Part shown: positions 24,100-36,958 of the stretch, in pieces
Layout of the letters: each line of letters opens with the position of its first letter
Position numbering within the stretch: the stretch's first letter is position 1
Assembly: GCF_001194135.2 (NCBI RefSeq)
Contig: NC_068986.1
Coordinates: 1,552,250 to 1,616,249 of the forward strand
Length of the DNA: 64,000 bases
Origin: Octopus bimaculoides
Lineage: Eukaryota
Reading direction: 5' to 3'
The notes under the pieces: generated by a model
What the model was told of the DNA's origin: nothing
Database searches by the model: none
The model's input: the letters and a program-made list of their open reading frames with translations, nothing else
Program-made: the position numbers and the translations under genes

Positions 24100-24530
24100 A
24101 CAATCCAGTCCTTGTTGTGGTGTGGGAGGTTTGTTTGAGAGTGTCAGTGACCCTGAGAGGTATGCCAGTGGTGCACAAGCTCCTGGTAGAGCCTCCCATT
24201 CTGGACAGGTCAAAGGAAGGAGGTCAGGATAATATGGTGGAGCATCTCTTCTCAAATGTAAAAATGGATTTGTGTAGGGCCAACAACCCTACCTAGAAAA
24301 TAAAATTACATTCGGGACAGAACCACTGATGGCAATTGAAAACCAACAAAACCAGGAAACGGAAGGCCTTCTCTCAGAGAAAACATAAGATGTAGTGAAG
24401 CAAAATCTGAAAAGATACTGAGATAGAGATGCAAAAAGCAGGGACCCAACTGGAAAGGAGTAGAAAAGAGGGCCCAGAGTTGAGAATAGAGGAGAAAGTT
24501 GTTGATGGTCTATTCTCCAGAGGGATTCAT
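24100..24530 (+). mobile_element. Non-autonomous RTE derivative: RTE-like 5' UTR joined to ORF C-terminus
   Basis: The 5' part (ccttgttgtggtgtgggagg...gaccctgagaggtatgcc...cctggtagagcctcccattctggacaggtca) resembles Expander/BovB-type RTE 5' UTRs (recalled). 24420-24525 translates, with frameshifts, to EIEMQKAG-NWKGVEKRAQS*E*RR-VVDGLFSRG, an RTE C-terminus. Confidence 0.65.
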
Positions 24531-24532
24531 AA

Positions 24533-24765
24533 CATCATCTTCATCATCATCATCATTTAACATCTGGTTTCCATGCTGGGTTGGGTTAGGGTTAGACAGT
24601 TTAATCGGAGAGGGTAAGCTGGAGAGCTGCACCAGGTGCCAGTCTGTTTTGGCAGGGTTTCTATGGTTGGATGCCCTTCTTAACACCAACCACTCCACAG
24701 AGTGTACTGAGTGTCTTTTATGAGTCACCATCATATGGGTGCCTTTTACGTGTCACTGGCACTTC
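24533..24765 (-). mobile_element. RTE LINE 3' UTR fragment (family D)
   Basis: (CAT)n followed by tttaacatctggtttccatgc...ggatgcccttcttaacaccaacc...ccttttacgtgtcactggcac. Confidence 0.75.
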
Positions 24766-25346
24766 AGCAGAATACTCAGCTACCTTTTGGCTAGTCAGGC
24801 ATACCATGTCCACCAGTCATCACTGGATATTCTGCTGGGTCAAAAATAGGAGAGTTGAGAGTAATGTCTGCATCTATTCATCACTACATTAAATTTACTC
24901 CATCATCGTTCATCCATTTTCTAAATTCCTATTCACACTGTGTTTGAATTTAGAAATGCATTAGGAATTCATACTCTTTGATTTTATGCTCTTGGATTTT
25001 ATTTCTCCATACACATATTTGAAATATGCATGCACACACACACACACAATACTATTTACTTCAGCAGTATTCTATTGACACATGCTAAACACCACAGAAC
25101 CTTACACAAACACATGCTATTTTTTTGACCAAAACTTGTACTTGAATTACATACACATGCACATATAAGAGCACGCACACACACAAATGCTATTCGCATT
25201 CCACCTTACAACATTATCTCACATCACATCACACACACACATACATACATATACATACATGAATGATCAAACAGCCTTACACAACCCACAAAAAACATCC
25301 ATCTACCGACATACACCCTCACATTCACATTAACACCATCCAATTT

Positions 25347-25380
<34 letters not shown>

Positions 25381-25741
25381 CCAACCAAACATACACATGA
25401 ACATGCTCTGCTCTAATCCTGTTACCTTGTACATACTAACAGAAGCCTCCACCCACCTGCCAACACCTCCCTTCTGGCTCCACAGGCTGGCATTCCCCAC
25501 TACTTACAGACTTACTTCTTTCCTTACCTCCTTCTCCACCATCCCCAGTCATTATTATAAACTTTTTCACATACTCTCTCTCTCTCTCTCTCTCTCTGTT
25601 TTCCTTTCATCACCTTTTCTTTCAGAAGGTCTAACACAAGGGAAAGTCAACAACTGCTTCGTTCTATTTCTTTGCAAGCTTTTAACCAACACCTTATTCA
25701 TCAGACTGCATTGCTTTTAACTGTATTCTCTGTTGATTGGC

Positions 25742-25777
<36 letters not shown>

Positions 25778-25835
25778 CAGATCCCTCTTCTGGTGATCTC
25801 TTGGAAGTGAAGCCTTTTACATAACAATAACCATT

Positions 25836-25872
<37 letters not shown>

Positions 25873-26083
25873 GCATACTTACATACAAGAACACATGACA
25901 CTATAACAATATAGATATTTATAAATAACAATTAAATATACTTTAGTCAACTTTGACTGTCTGTCTCTCTCTCTTTCTCTCACTTTCTAGATATATGTAT
26001 GTATGTCGCTTCTATTTCTTTAATTATTATAACTCTTGCACTGAGGAGGGAACCAGTTTCTGTCTACATACATATATATGTAA

Positions 26084-26240
26084 GGGCACAGATATAGCTG
26101 TGTGGTTAAGAAGCTCACTTCCTGACCCCATGTTCTTGGGTTCAGTCCCACTGAGTGGAACCTTGGGCAAGTGTTGTCTACTCGCCTCATGAGTGTATAT
26201 GGTAGAGAGAAATTGAATTGAAAGAAGCCTGTTGCATATG
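26084..26240 (+). mobile_element. SINE family A, 5' half; family D tail follows at 26243-26295
   Basis: gctgtgtggttaagaagc...gggttcagtcccactg...ccttgggcaagtg. Confidence 0.75.
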
Positions 26241-26329
26241 TGTCCAACCCATGCCAGCATCAAACATGGATGTTAAATGATGATGATAATGATGATATAT
26301 ATATATATATATATACACACGCACATAAA

Positions 26330-26541
26330 TGAGGGGGTGTTGAAAAGTTTCTGGCTTTGAGTACAAGAAAATACAGGCAAATCAGTTAATTATGATTTTA
26401 TTCAACATGTTCCCCTCTCAGATTCACATATTTATTGCAGTGGTCCTTCAGTTTCTCTAAGCTCTGGAACTCGGAAGGTTGGGCCTCCAACCAGGCCTTT
26501 CACAATACCCTTAAAGCCAGGAACTTTTCAGCACTTCCTTG
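26330..26541. mobile_element. Tc1/mariner-type MITE, ~212 bp
   Basis: 29-bp TIRs tgagggggtgttgaaaagtttctggcttt (26330-58) and aaagccaggaacttttcagcacttccttg (26513-41), 23/29 matched with transition-only mismatches. TA at the right flank. Confidence 0.8.
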
Positions 26542-26579
26542 TATATATATACATACATACATACATATACATACACATG

Positions 26580-26613
<34 letters not shown>

Positions 26614-27179
26614 TATGCATGTACCTACATACCTGCCTACCTATCATCATATCTCTTTCTCTCTCTCTCTCNNNNNNNNNNNNNNNNNNNNNNNNNNNNN
26701 NNNNNNNNNNNNGCATAGCTGTTGTTATATCCAATATGAAAATGTATATTTCATATATAGACATGCAGCAACATGTATTCATAATTACTAAGTAGATATC
26801 CCCTCAGTGTATTTCCATATGCTGAAGTATTGCAGCCAATATCCATGTTATAAATATCATATCCTATTACATTGCTTTATATAAACCACTCAATATTTGT
26901 ATTGTATGTAATGGCCACAGATTTTTCTTTGCTGCTAAGTGGTCTTTTTTCTTACTTTTCTCTTTCTTTATGTGTATGTGTGCAGGTGTGCGTGCGTGTG
27001 TATGTATGTGTGTGTGTGTGTGCGTGCGTGTGCGTGTGCACATTTATGATATTTCTTCTTGTTTGTTTCTATTTTATTGAGACATTTTGTTATCTTTGCA
27101 ATCATTAAATCTTCTTTTATATCTTTCTTTCCTTGTCAATATTTTTCTACCTTTTCCAAAATGGCTACCCATAAAAGAG

Positions 27180-27300
<121 letters not shown>

Positions 27301-27667
27301 GTGTGTAGAGAGACAGAGAGTGAGGAAATGGAGAGATGTGGTGTCTTCAACCCTGATCTAAGTAGATAAAAAACTAGATCAAAAGGTTTCCATCCCACTG
27401 CAACAGTATAATTGCTATTGGTTTGAGATACGCCTGCCACACATCAAAGTCAAATGAGAATTGACTGGGTGACTTGCAAATTCCATCCATTGAAAATATG
27501 ATATGGATTTTCCAATACATAAAATATTCAGATTTGTTCTAGTAGAATTAAAAAAAAAAGAAAGAAAAAAATCCCTAATTTTGTTTATAACAATATTTCT
27601 TATCCGTTGAAGTCTTTCCCATTTGTCACATCAGGAACTCTAAGTACCATTCTCTCATGACTAAACT

Positions 27668-27987
27668 AACTGGCACCCTGTCAATTACGGCAGCCCGGGT
27701 TCTATTTGATTCAATCAATGGAACAGCCTGCTCATGAAATTAATGTGCAAGTGGTTGAGAGTGCCACAGACATGCATAACCTTGATGTAGTTCTCAGGGA
27801 GATTCAGTGTGACACAGAATATGACAAGACTGGCTCTTTGAATTACATGTACAACTGGCCCTTTTCCAGGCTGAGTGGACTAGAACATCATGAAATAAAA
27901 TGTCTTGTTCAAGGATACAACATGCTGGTATTGAACTCATGACCTTACAATCATGAGCTAGATACTCTAACCATTAAGCCACAAACC
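27668..27987 (-). mobile_element. tRNA-headed SINE family F, full length
   Basis: Minus strand reads TGTGGCTTAATGGTTAGAG (A-box), GAGTTCAATACC (B-box), TCCTTGAACAAGACATTTTATTTC core, then a long unique body. Confidence 0.75.
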
Positions 27988-28450
27988 TTCATTAAACTAT
28001 AACTAGAATAAAGTCCCTAATGATAAAGTGACATTGTAATGAAGTGTGTCATGTTTTGTTTTGTTTTTTTGTGATGTAAAAATTCAGTTTTAGTTAAAAC
28101 AAAATCAATGTGGTAGTAATCCATCTCCCAACTGAACCAAGCAAACCATGTTTCCATTGGTGTTTTATCAAAATTACTGTCACATGATGCTGGTTACAAC
28201 TCCTGATTGTAGCATCATCATTTTTCAGTGATGGAGTGGGATTTTAACTTGAATGAACAGAACAGGACGAGATACTGAAACTTCCACTTATTCACCACTT
28301 TGGACTCATAAAGTTTTTTAATAACCATGCAAGGACGAAAAACAAAGTTGACCTTGGTCTGATTTGATCTTAGGAAGCAGGGAGTCCAAACAAATACCGT
28401 GAAACCTTCTGTCCAACACTCTAATGAATCTGCCAATGTACCAGGACCAC

Positions 28451-29296
28451 TTTTAATCCTTTCTCTTTTTGGTGCAAGGCCAGAAATTTGGAGAGAGTGG
28501 AGTAGTTGATTACATTGACCCCAGTACTCAACTGGTATTTATTTTGACCCCAAAAGGCTGAAAGGCAAAAACAACCTTGGCAGTATTTGAACTCACAAAG
28601 TAAAGCGTTCAGAAGAAATTCCACAAACCTTCCATGCTACCCTCTTCCTCCTCTTTAATAATTCTTTCAAATTTTGGCACTGTGCCAAAAATTTCAAGGG
28701 GAGGCGAAAATTGATTATGTCAACCCCATTATTCAACTGGTACTTACTTTATTGACCCTGAAAGTATGAAAGCATAGTTGACTGTGGCAGTATTTGAACC
28801 CAGAGCATAAAGATGGACAAAATGCTGCTCAGCATGCTAAGGATTCAGCCAACCTCACTGCTTTGCCAGGATTACAAATAATACCAATTTCTTACACATT
28901 ATTTATAATAATCTCCATAAATTTCTTTCTTTCTCACCTCAATTTCAGTCTTAAATAACAGACATATGCCTCACACTATCTTTAGATAACTTGGTAGAAA
29001 GAAATTAGCTTTAAGTGAAGTTCTGTGAAACATGACCATTCACAGTAAACACTTAGAATAATAACAACAAAAGCAACAACAATTTCATAATAACCTTTTC
29101 TACTCTGGGCACAAGCCTGAAACTTTTGGGGAGGGGGCCAGTCAATTAGACTGACCCCAGTATGCAACTGGTACTTAATTTATCAACTCCGAAAGGATGA
29201 AAGGCAAAGTCGACCTCGGCAGAATTTGAACTTGGAACGTAAAGGCAGATGAAATACTGCCAAGCATTTTTTTCCTGGTATGGTAGCTCGCTGCCT
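28451..29296 (-). mobile_element. Cluster of three SINE family B copies (28451-28606, 28652-28862, 29091-29296)
   Basis: Each contains the reverse-complement body aactggtactta..ttatt/cgacccc.aaaggatgaaaggcaaag and the atttgaac B-box. Confidence 0.75.
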
Positions 29297-29580
29297 TAAC
29301 AATGCAATAATAATAAGAAGACAAAAGAAGAAAAGGATGTAAAATAACCGTATGATTTATAATAATTACTAATTTAAATTAGAAAGATGATATGAAGATA
29401 ACTAGAAGATATTTCATATTTAGAAATGTAGTGGCAGCCGTTGTGTTATTCCCAATGACATACAAGGGGTAAAAGGGAACTGAAGCCCATTCAACAGAGA
29501 CATGACCTTAATTTTGATCTCTCAGTTCATGGAGACACTGCTATATCAGCAGCAGCAGCAGTTCAATTTTGACTCTCCAG

Positions 29581-30582
29581 TTATGGATCAAGGTTGCTCC
29601 TCCCCAGTTATCCTGTTGATCTAGGATAAATCATTCATGGATCATAGGCACTCCAACCAGGAATCAAAGACACTTTGGAATGCCATTGAGCCATGGCTAG
29701 AGTGTCTTTAATCAATGGTTAAGATATCCCCACTCCATTGACTGAATGTCTTTGATCAATGATTAAAGTAGTTGCGAGCCATTGCTGGTCAGTGTTTAGC
29801 CCATGGATGGCATGTCGTTGATCAATAGTTGGAGTGGTCACTGCTTGAATCTCTATAAGAATGGCAGAAATGTTGCAACTCCTTTTCTAAACATCTTCCT
29901 AATATCCTCATTCTGACTGACATTATTGTTGTAGATCAAATTTACTCAAGCCATGAATTAATGATGCTCAAGCCATGAATTAATGATGCTCAAGCCATAG
30001 ATGAAAAAATACTCTTGCTATCGGTCAATGACACTCTAACCAGGAAAGAAAGTCACTCCAGCTGTGGATCAAAGTCGCTTGAGTGATGGATCAATGACAT
30101 TCCATTCATAGATCATTCTCACCAACGATTAAAAGACACTTTCGCTACAGATCAATGACACTCTAGAATGGACCAAAGACAATCCAACTATGGATCAAAA
30201 TCACTTAAGCTGTGGATCAAAGATACTCTGGCCATGGATCAATGACAATAATCAAGGACATTCAAACTGTGGATCAAATGATATGGCTCAATGATACTCA
30301 AGCCATTGACAAAAGACAGAGTTCAGCTGTGGACCAAAGTTAAGTCATAGATAAAAAATACTCAAGCCATGGATTAAAAACATCCTCACAATGGATCACA
30401 AACAATTTAGCACTGGATGAAAATATTTCTAATCATATATTGAAAATACTTCAGCTCAGCATGAAAGACACTTTAGCCTTGGAACAAACTCACTCTGCTC
30501 ATAGTTTAAAGACATTCCAGCCGTAGTTGAAAGACACACCAGCCATGATTCAAAGACATCCAATCTATGGATCAAGGACACC
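29581..30582. repeat. Degenerate 22-bp minisatellite (consensus ~GGATCAAAGACACTCTAGCCAT) with an inverted block at ~29691-29845
   Basis: Exact 22-bp copies ctcaagccatgaattaatgatg at 29945 and 29967, plus dozens of diverged units. ccatggctagagtgtctttaatc (29691-713) is the reverse complement of the unit. Confidence 0.85.
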
Positions 30583-31315
30583 CCACCTGTAACCACCCTG
30601 TTTTTGTTTTGCTCAGGGGATATGAGACTACGTCATCTAATTAAGTTTTACCTATTCACAGCAGTAGATAAGGTGTGATTTGAGAGAAAAGTTGGCTGTC
30701 ATTTCTAGAATGTCAACAGACCATGTAGAAACTCCCTCGTTGGCACTGTTACATGCGCATGAATGCTACAAACAAAACAAAGTGTAGCAACAGGAATGAA
30801 AGCTTTTGGATGCAAAAGATTTAGAAAATATTAATAAAAAATAAATAAATAATAAGTTATGCATCAACAATATGAACAAAAAAAAATTATAAAATATAAA
30901 AAGAAAATTAAAGACAACAGGTGAGATGAAAGAAAATCAGTCTGAATGGATGATAAAAGATGAACAAGGTCCAATTGATAGCGAACAATGTGTGTTAGGA
31001 AATAAAATGTAAAATTTTGGAAATAATATAATACTTGTTGCCTGGCAACAGGCTGCCACACTTGGTTCAACAAATATTGATTGGAAAACAAGCATTGAAA
31101 GGATAAGCAGTAGCTTTAGCTTATTGCAGAAAAAGGTAATTTACCAGATATACTACATACACATATGCACATAGATGTGTGTGTGTGTGTGTGTGCATGC
31201 ACACACACACATTGCATACATACGTTTCTGTACATTTACTTACATTTATATTTACTTACATAAATATATATATATATGCACGTATATGTGTGTGTTTATG
31301 TGAGTGTGTGTATAG

Positions 31316-31362
<47 letters not shown>

Positions 31363-32379
31363 TTTGTTCTTTTCAGTTTTTAATTATTTAAATTCTTCCT
31401 TTGCAGAAAAAGCTGGTTTCTAACAAAGATACAAAGATCCATCGTTGGAATGAAGATAACGAAAACAATGTCACATTTTAAACCTGAGAAAGGTCTTGTA
31501 TAGCTTCACTCTTCCGCTTACAGATTGTATTTGTAATGTGCAAGTTCAGTTGGTTGATTCCTTTTTCTGCAAATCCAAGCTTATCCAGACTGACAGGCAT
31601 TTACTTACAAAAGCAAGGGCATCAATTATTATTGGTAAAAACGTAAATCTGTAATCAGGATAAAGAAGCTTGAAGTTTCAAAGCAGTTGACCATATTTAT
31701 CTTCTTTCTTTATATATATAAGTATACATGCATGTATGTATGTACATACATAAACATATGTATATTTCTATATAATCACATATACATAAACATAATATAT
31801 ATAAGTATATGTATAAGTTGTATGTATGTATATATGTATAAACACACACACAATGCACAAAGAAGCTTCTTTCAGTTTACATCTACCAAATTCACTCAGC
31901 TATAGCTAAGTCTTAGATATTTTGTTCTATGTCTAAGTATTTTGATCTGGTAGGACAACTGTTGTGCTGATGACATCTACTGAGGCAGAAACACATGACC
32001 CCCTGCTATCCACTTTTCTCCAGACAAACTTTCTTTTTGTTAATGGCATGTCATTATTTGAGAATTTCTTGAGATTATCTCCCCTTCTCATTTGAAGCTG
32101 GTCCCCGATTACTATCAGGAAATTGTTTTACAACCTCTGGAAGCAGATATATTTTCAAGAAATCAAAACGTGATATAGTATAGTATTTAATGCACCCATA
32201 TCAATCTTTGGTGAACAAATACATGACAGTGGTTATTCTAAGATATTTCCCTTAATTAATTTCATAAATATACATATACATTGCATTTGTTTGCATGCAT
32301 GTAGAAAGACATGAAAGAAATGAAGGAAGCAAGCTCCACTGGATGTGTAATGTCAGTTTGCATGAATGATGTAACACAG

Positions 32380-32600
32380 GTTATCTGAGCTGAGAGGAAA
32401 AGTGTGCATTAGAGGAATTAGCCGTAGCATGCAAGAGAATAGATAGCTTTGGTACAACTTTTGATGTGCTTAAAGAATGACAGATGGGTGATGAAGTGTC
32501 ATATGATCTCATTTGAAAGAGTTTGTGGATTAAGACATGTGAAGAACCAGTGAAAGGTGATCTTAACATGCCAGACTTCATAAAAAAAGTTGACAAGAAA
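32380..32600 (+). mobile_element. Possible highly decayed RTE C-terminal fragment
   Basis: IRGISRSMQENR*LWY...RMTDG and 'VKGDL' loosely resemble RTE ..RLxWxGHVxRMxD..VVxxDL. Confidence 0.35.
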
Positions 32601-33244
32601 CCACAAGTGGTCAGATTTTGTCATGGAGTAGACTTAGGGAATCATTTACCAGCAAGACAAATGGATGTAAAATAATAAAGATGATGACAACCAAAGTATG
32701 TAGTTGCAAATGTGTTATGTACACACTCACAAATGCACACACACACACACATAAACACAAAAAAAGAAACAAAAACAAAAAAAAAACTGTATTTAATAAA
32801 GAGTTGCAGTGGCTTAATTTAATATTGGCAAAACAGGTTAAAAATAGGAGTTTAGTATTCTAACACTGGTGCCATACTACTTTTAAAGTCCATGAGTATT
32901 TGAGTCTTAGTGAGAGAATCCATTTTGGTGCCACAAAGATTATACATATACATACAGTAAAGTCCCATTAATCCATTATCTAACAGTTTGACAAAATCAA
33001 TTGTCCAGCACTTTTTGTTGTGCTTCATTCAGTCTTTTGATTTTTCCCACATGCCATTGCTGGCTTCTGATGTCCATTAGTTCCATTCTCATTTAAAAGA
33101 ATTGTGGTTAGCTCCCAAAGGTTTTGTATCTGCATTTATCTCCTCATATATCATCCACTCCATTAGTGGTGGAAATATTGTGCAATGTCAATAAGACAAA
33201 CCAGTTTGGGGAAGGTGTGTAAAGAATGCTGATATCATTCATAT

Positions 33245-33800
33245 TGTAAACTTGAATTCATGTAGCATTTGAAAAGAGATGAAAACTGGAACACTGTTGT
33301 GCATGAGAATATAACATGGGTTCTTCAACAAATTATGACAATAAGAAACAAAGGGACAAGTTAATGAAATTTATGGCTGACTTAGATGCAAGTAGAAATG
33401 TGCAGCAAATTTTATTAAAAAAAACTTTCAGAATTAGACAATATCATTTCAGTGATCAATTGCAAGGTCTGAGTGTGATATTTTATGGTTCAATGGTCAT
33501 TGAAAATATCAAGCAATTACACAAAGATATTGCAGAGATTTGAGTGCTTAAAACAGGGTGATTTAGAAACTATGTTTTCATAAACTTAATTTGTCTGGTG
33601 AAAAGAAGCTGGCAGATATTGATGCTGCTGAAGAATATAATTATAAATTTGGTGACCTCATGAAAGAGACATAGTTTTGTTGTTTTTTTAAAGCCAAGTT
33701 CTAATAAACCAGTACATTTGATAATTTGGTATTACCTAAGTTTCAAGGAGGCCAGATTATTTGAACTGTATAGTAACTATTTCATGCATTGAAGTGAAGA
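33245..33800 (+). mobile_element. Tigger/pogo transposase fossil of Jerky/TIGD type, N-terminal CENP-B HTH region
   Basis: Frameshifted segments YNMGSSTNYDNKKQRDKLMKFMADLD, KKLSELDN, YGSMVIENIKQLH, TG*FRN and SGEKKLADIDAAEEYNYKFGDLMKE (33594-33668) follow the Jerky motif order (YNVGxSTxYD; KLExLD; SGPMLIEKA; GWxxRFK; EKxSADxxAAE). A possible left TIR TA|CAGTAAAGTCCC starts at 32955. Confidence 0.75.
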
Positions 33801-36364
33801 GATGTGTAACTTTAACTCTTTCACTGCAAAATTAAATTTCATGGGTGATGATGTTGGATATCTAGCAAAAAACATAGAATTGATATTTTCCGTAAGTCAT
33901 GCTGCCTTAATAAACTTGGCATATCTCAAAAGAAAGTAGTTTTAAACACGTTGTTCTTCAGCAAAAGAAAAATTGGTATATAAAACTACTTTCTCCAGTA
34001 AAAGGGTTTCAGTTATAGCTTGGACTGATCTCAAATCTGTCCATGGATGAAGCCTGTAGAGGCCTGGTTCTACAGCAATCTGACTTGCTATACATACACG
34101 GCAGCAAGTTGTTTTTTTACAATCATCCAGAACCTGGTAGTTTTTTTTAATACAAACTTATAGCTTGCATAACATGTTGCACTTGCTGCTAAGCTTCAAG
34201 GTTAACCCTGACCCCGCAAACACATGATCAAAAGCATTCTTCTTTCAGACATAATGTAATGTGCATTACATTATGCAATGGGTCTTTTGTTTTTAATATG
34301 GTAGGTTGTAATTTGATCGAAATCTGATTCCTACTCCTAGCAGCTGAGTGTTAAAACTCCCTGGATGTATATGTGTAAACACACACACATACATGCCTGA
34401 ATCCACATACATACACATATGTGCATGAGTGCACATACCTGTACACACACACATCTTCAGACACAGAAACATAGATGCATGCACATATGCACATGCATGC
34501 ACACAACACATCCAACACACAGAAACACATACACGCACACAGAAATATACACACACACACACACAGCACTAGATCAAACCAGATCAAATGAAATAGAAGA
34601 CTTGCTAAAATTTTTGATATTCCTTCTTAATGTTTGTTTTTATTGAAATTAAATCATTTATTATATTAAAATTATATAAAAAAAATAGAATTAAATTAGT
34701 TTAATGTTTATTCATAACCAAAGTTTAATAATTAATGCTTCAGGCATGATTATCTTGCATTCTTGTTAATCATCTTACTGCCAGCAGGAATTTTTTAAAT
34801 GATGCAATCTCTAATTTCAACCATTCCTTCTGAACTGCTATAAAACAAAGATTACTTGCTGTTACAAGATCTGGCATACAGCTTTGGCTTAAACGACTCT
34901 GCCATAAATATTCTATAGAGTTCAAATACAGGGATTGTCCAGGTTAAGACAAAATATAATTTTTAATGATCTCAGAAAAATATATTCATAAAATTGAAAG
35001 AAGGGAAAAGAATGTCAAACTTTATTGTGTCAGAATTGGTGAAATAAGAGATGAAGACGCTTTTGCAAAAATTCTTTGTTTACGATACTGTAATGGAGTG
35101 ACATTTTCAGTGTAGAAAAAGTGTGGTCAAATACCTTGACTAGGAAACGTCCTCTTCACATTTTTAAACTGCCAACTTGAGAAATTCGAGTCATTAAGAG
35201 AGTCTGTGTGTGGTTACTTAAATTGTTAAAAATAGCAACCAAATTTCCTTGAAAACACACCCTACCATCTCTAAGAAATTAAGGACACTTTGAACAATGT
35301 AGGCTGTTTAATTAAAATTGGATACATACAGCTGAAACACTTTTGGTCATAAGTTTGCTTGGAAACAAGTAAGGGTTGCTGACAGGAAAGACATATGGTC
35401 ATAGAAAAATCTGTTTTGCTAAATTCTGTCCAACACCCATGCAAGAATGGGAAAGTGAACATGATGATGATGATTTTCATGTTGTTATGCCATAGTTGGG
35501 TTGTCATAGGCTGAATCAGTTCTTATTTGGAGTTCCTACTCTCCTAGATGCACCAAGGGACCTATATCTAATTCTTGTGTTTCATGTGCTACAAATGAAT
35601 GAGGAGCAGAAAGTGTTGTATGTTGACAGTCTGAAGATAAATATTATAGGAAAACATGTGAAGAAGTATTGAACTCAAATCTCAGGAAGTCAAGTCTCAC
35701 AGTTGACTGAACAAATAAACAGAGATATACTGTATACAGGCTTGTCCATTCCATCAATACCTGTACAGAATAACAAACACTAAAAATGGAAAATGTATTC
35801 TAAATAAATAAACCTAATTTTCTGGAAACAAACTTGAAAAATTTCCTGGTCATAAAACTGTGATATGTGTTGACAGTGTTTATTGGGGCCTTGGAAATAA
35901 ATGGAGGAATGGCTCTTAGTAAATATGGTGTAATGGGCTTTCACACCTGGTTGACTACCAAGGGAAGTGTGTTTTGTTTCCAACAGGATGCACTGGTTTG
36001 TTTTCCATATTAATTCAGATTACTATCATCTGCTTGTTTATGCTTTATTTGTGTAGCCAACACCACACTGCATTATAATATTCTAGCTTAATGAAATTAA
36101 CACATCACCATTACTGCCACGACCACCACCACTACCACCACAGCAGCAACAACAATCATCACAACCGCTGTTACTATCATTGCTTTACTTTCAATTTGCA
36201 TTTAAAGTATAGAGTTACTAATTGTACGCATGACAGCTGTTTGCACAGTTTCCATCTACCAAGTTCATATGGCAGGAAAGAGTCACATCGGATTCTATGT
36301 GGTTGTAGGATCAAACCTAGCATGACCCTATTATGACATAGGGAATCTGAAGCTTTCAGTAATC

Positions 36365-36785
36365 CTCATCATCATTTAGCATCTGTTTTTCCATGCTGAC
36401 ATGAGTTGGATGGTTTGACAGGAGTTGACCAGCTGAAGGGCTGTTCAGGTTCCATGTTTGTTTTGGCATGGTTTTTACAATTGGATGCCCTTCCTAATGC
36501 CAACCACTTTATAGCTGCTTTTACACAGCACTGGCATGGGTGCTTTTCTGCATGGAACCAGCAGTTATGAGCCAACAAGATCAGAGGTACTCAGCCAGAA
36601 AGAGTTGCAGGGGACAAGCCTGTATGCTAGGACAACCATGCTTTTACTTAGTTTGATGTAAAAGCATGCAAACCAACAGGAGTCTTGGTCCCTTGTCCTC
36701 TCCTCAGTAGGTCCTAACATCTGTAGATCCTTTCTCACCACTTTGTCCTAGGTCATCCTGGGTCTACCCCTTCCACATGTTCCCT
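36365..36785 (-). mobile_element. RTE LINE 3' end: ORF C-terminus continuous with the family D 3' UTR and (GAT)n tail
   Basis: 36785-36663 encodes EGTCGRGRPRMT*DKVVRKDLQMLGPTEERTRDQDSCWFAC; family D sequence follows on the same strand. Confidence 0.75.
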
Positions 36786-36801
36786 CAAATATGCTATTAC
36801 A

Positions 36802-36958
36802 TAATTCTTTCTACTATAGGCACAAGGCTTGAAATTTGTGGGGAGGGGCCTAGTCGATTACATTGATCCCAGTGTTTCACTGGTGCTTAATTTATTGACC
36901 CCGAAAGGATGAAAGACAAAGTCAACCTTGACGGAATTTGAACTCAGAACATATCGAC
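36802..36958 (-). mobile_element. SINE family B fragment
   Basis: Reverse complement of the family B body and 3' end. Confidence 0.75.

Noticed and set aside
24586-24600. Interstitial telomeric TTAGGG
   Set aside because: Fewer than three units, inside a family D repeat.
29581-30582. CRISPR-like array
   Set aside because: Units are contiguous and degenerate with no unique spacers; eukaryotic context with no cas genes.
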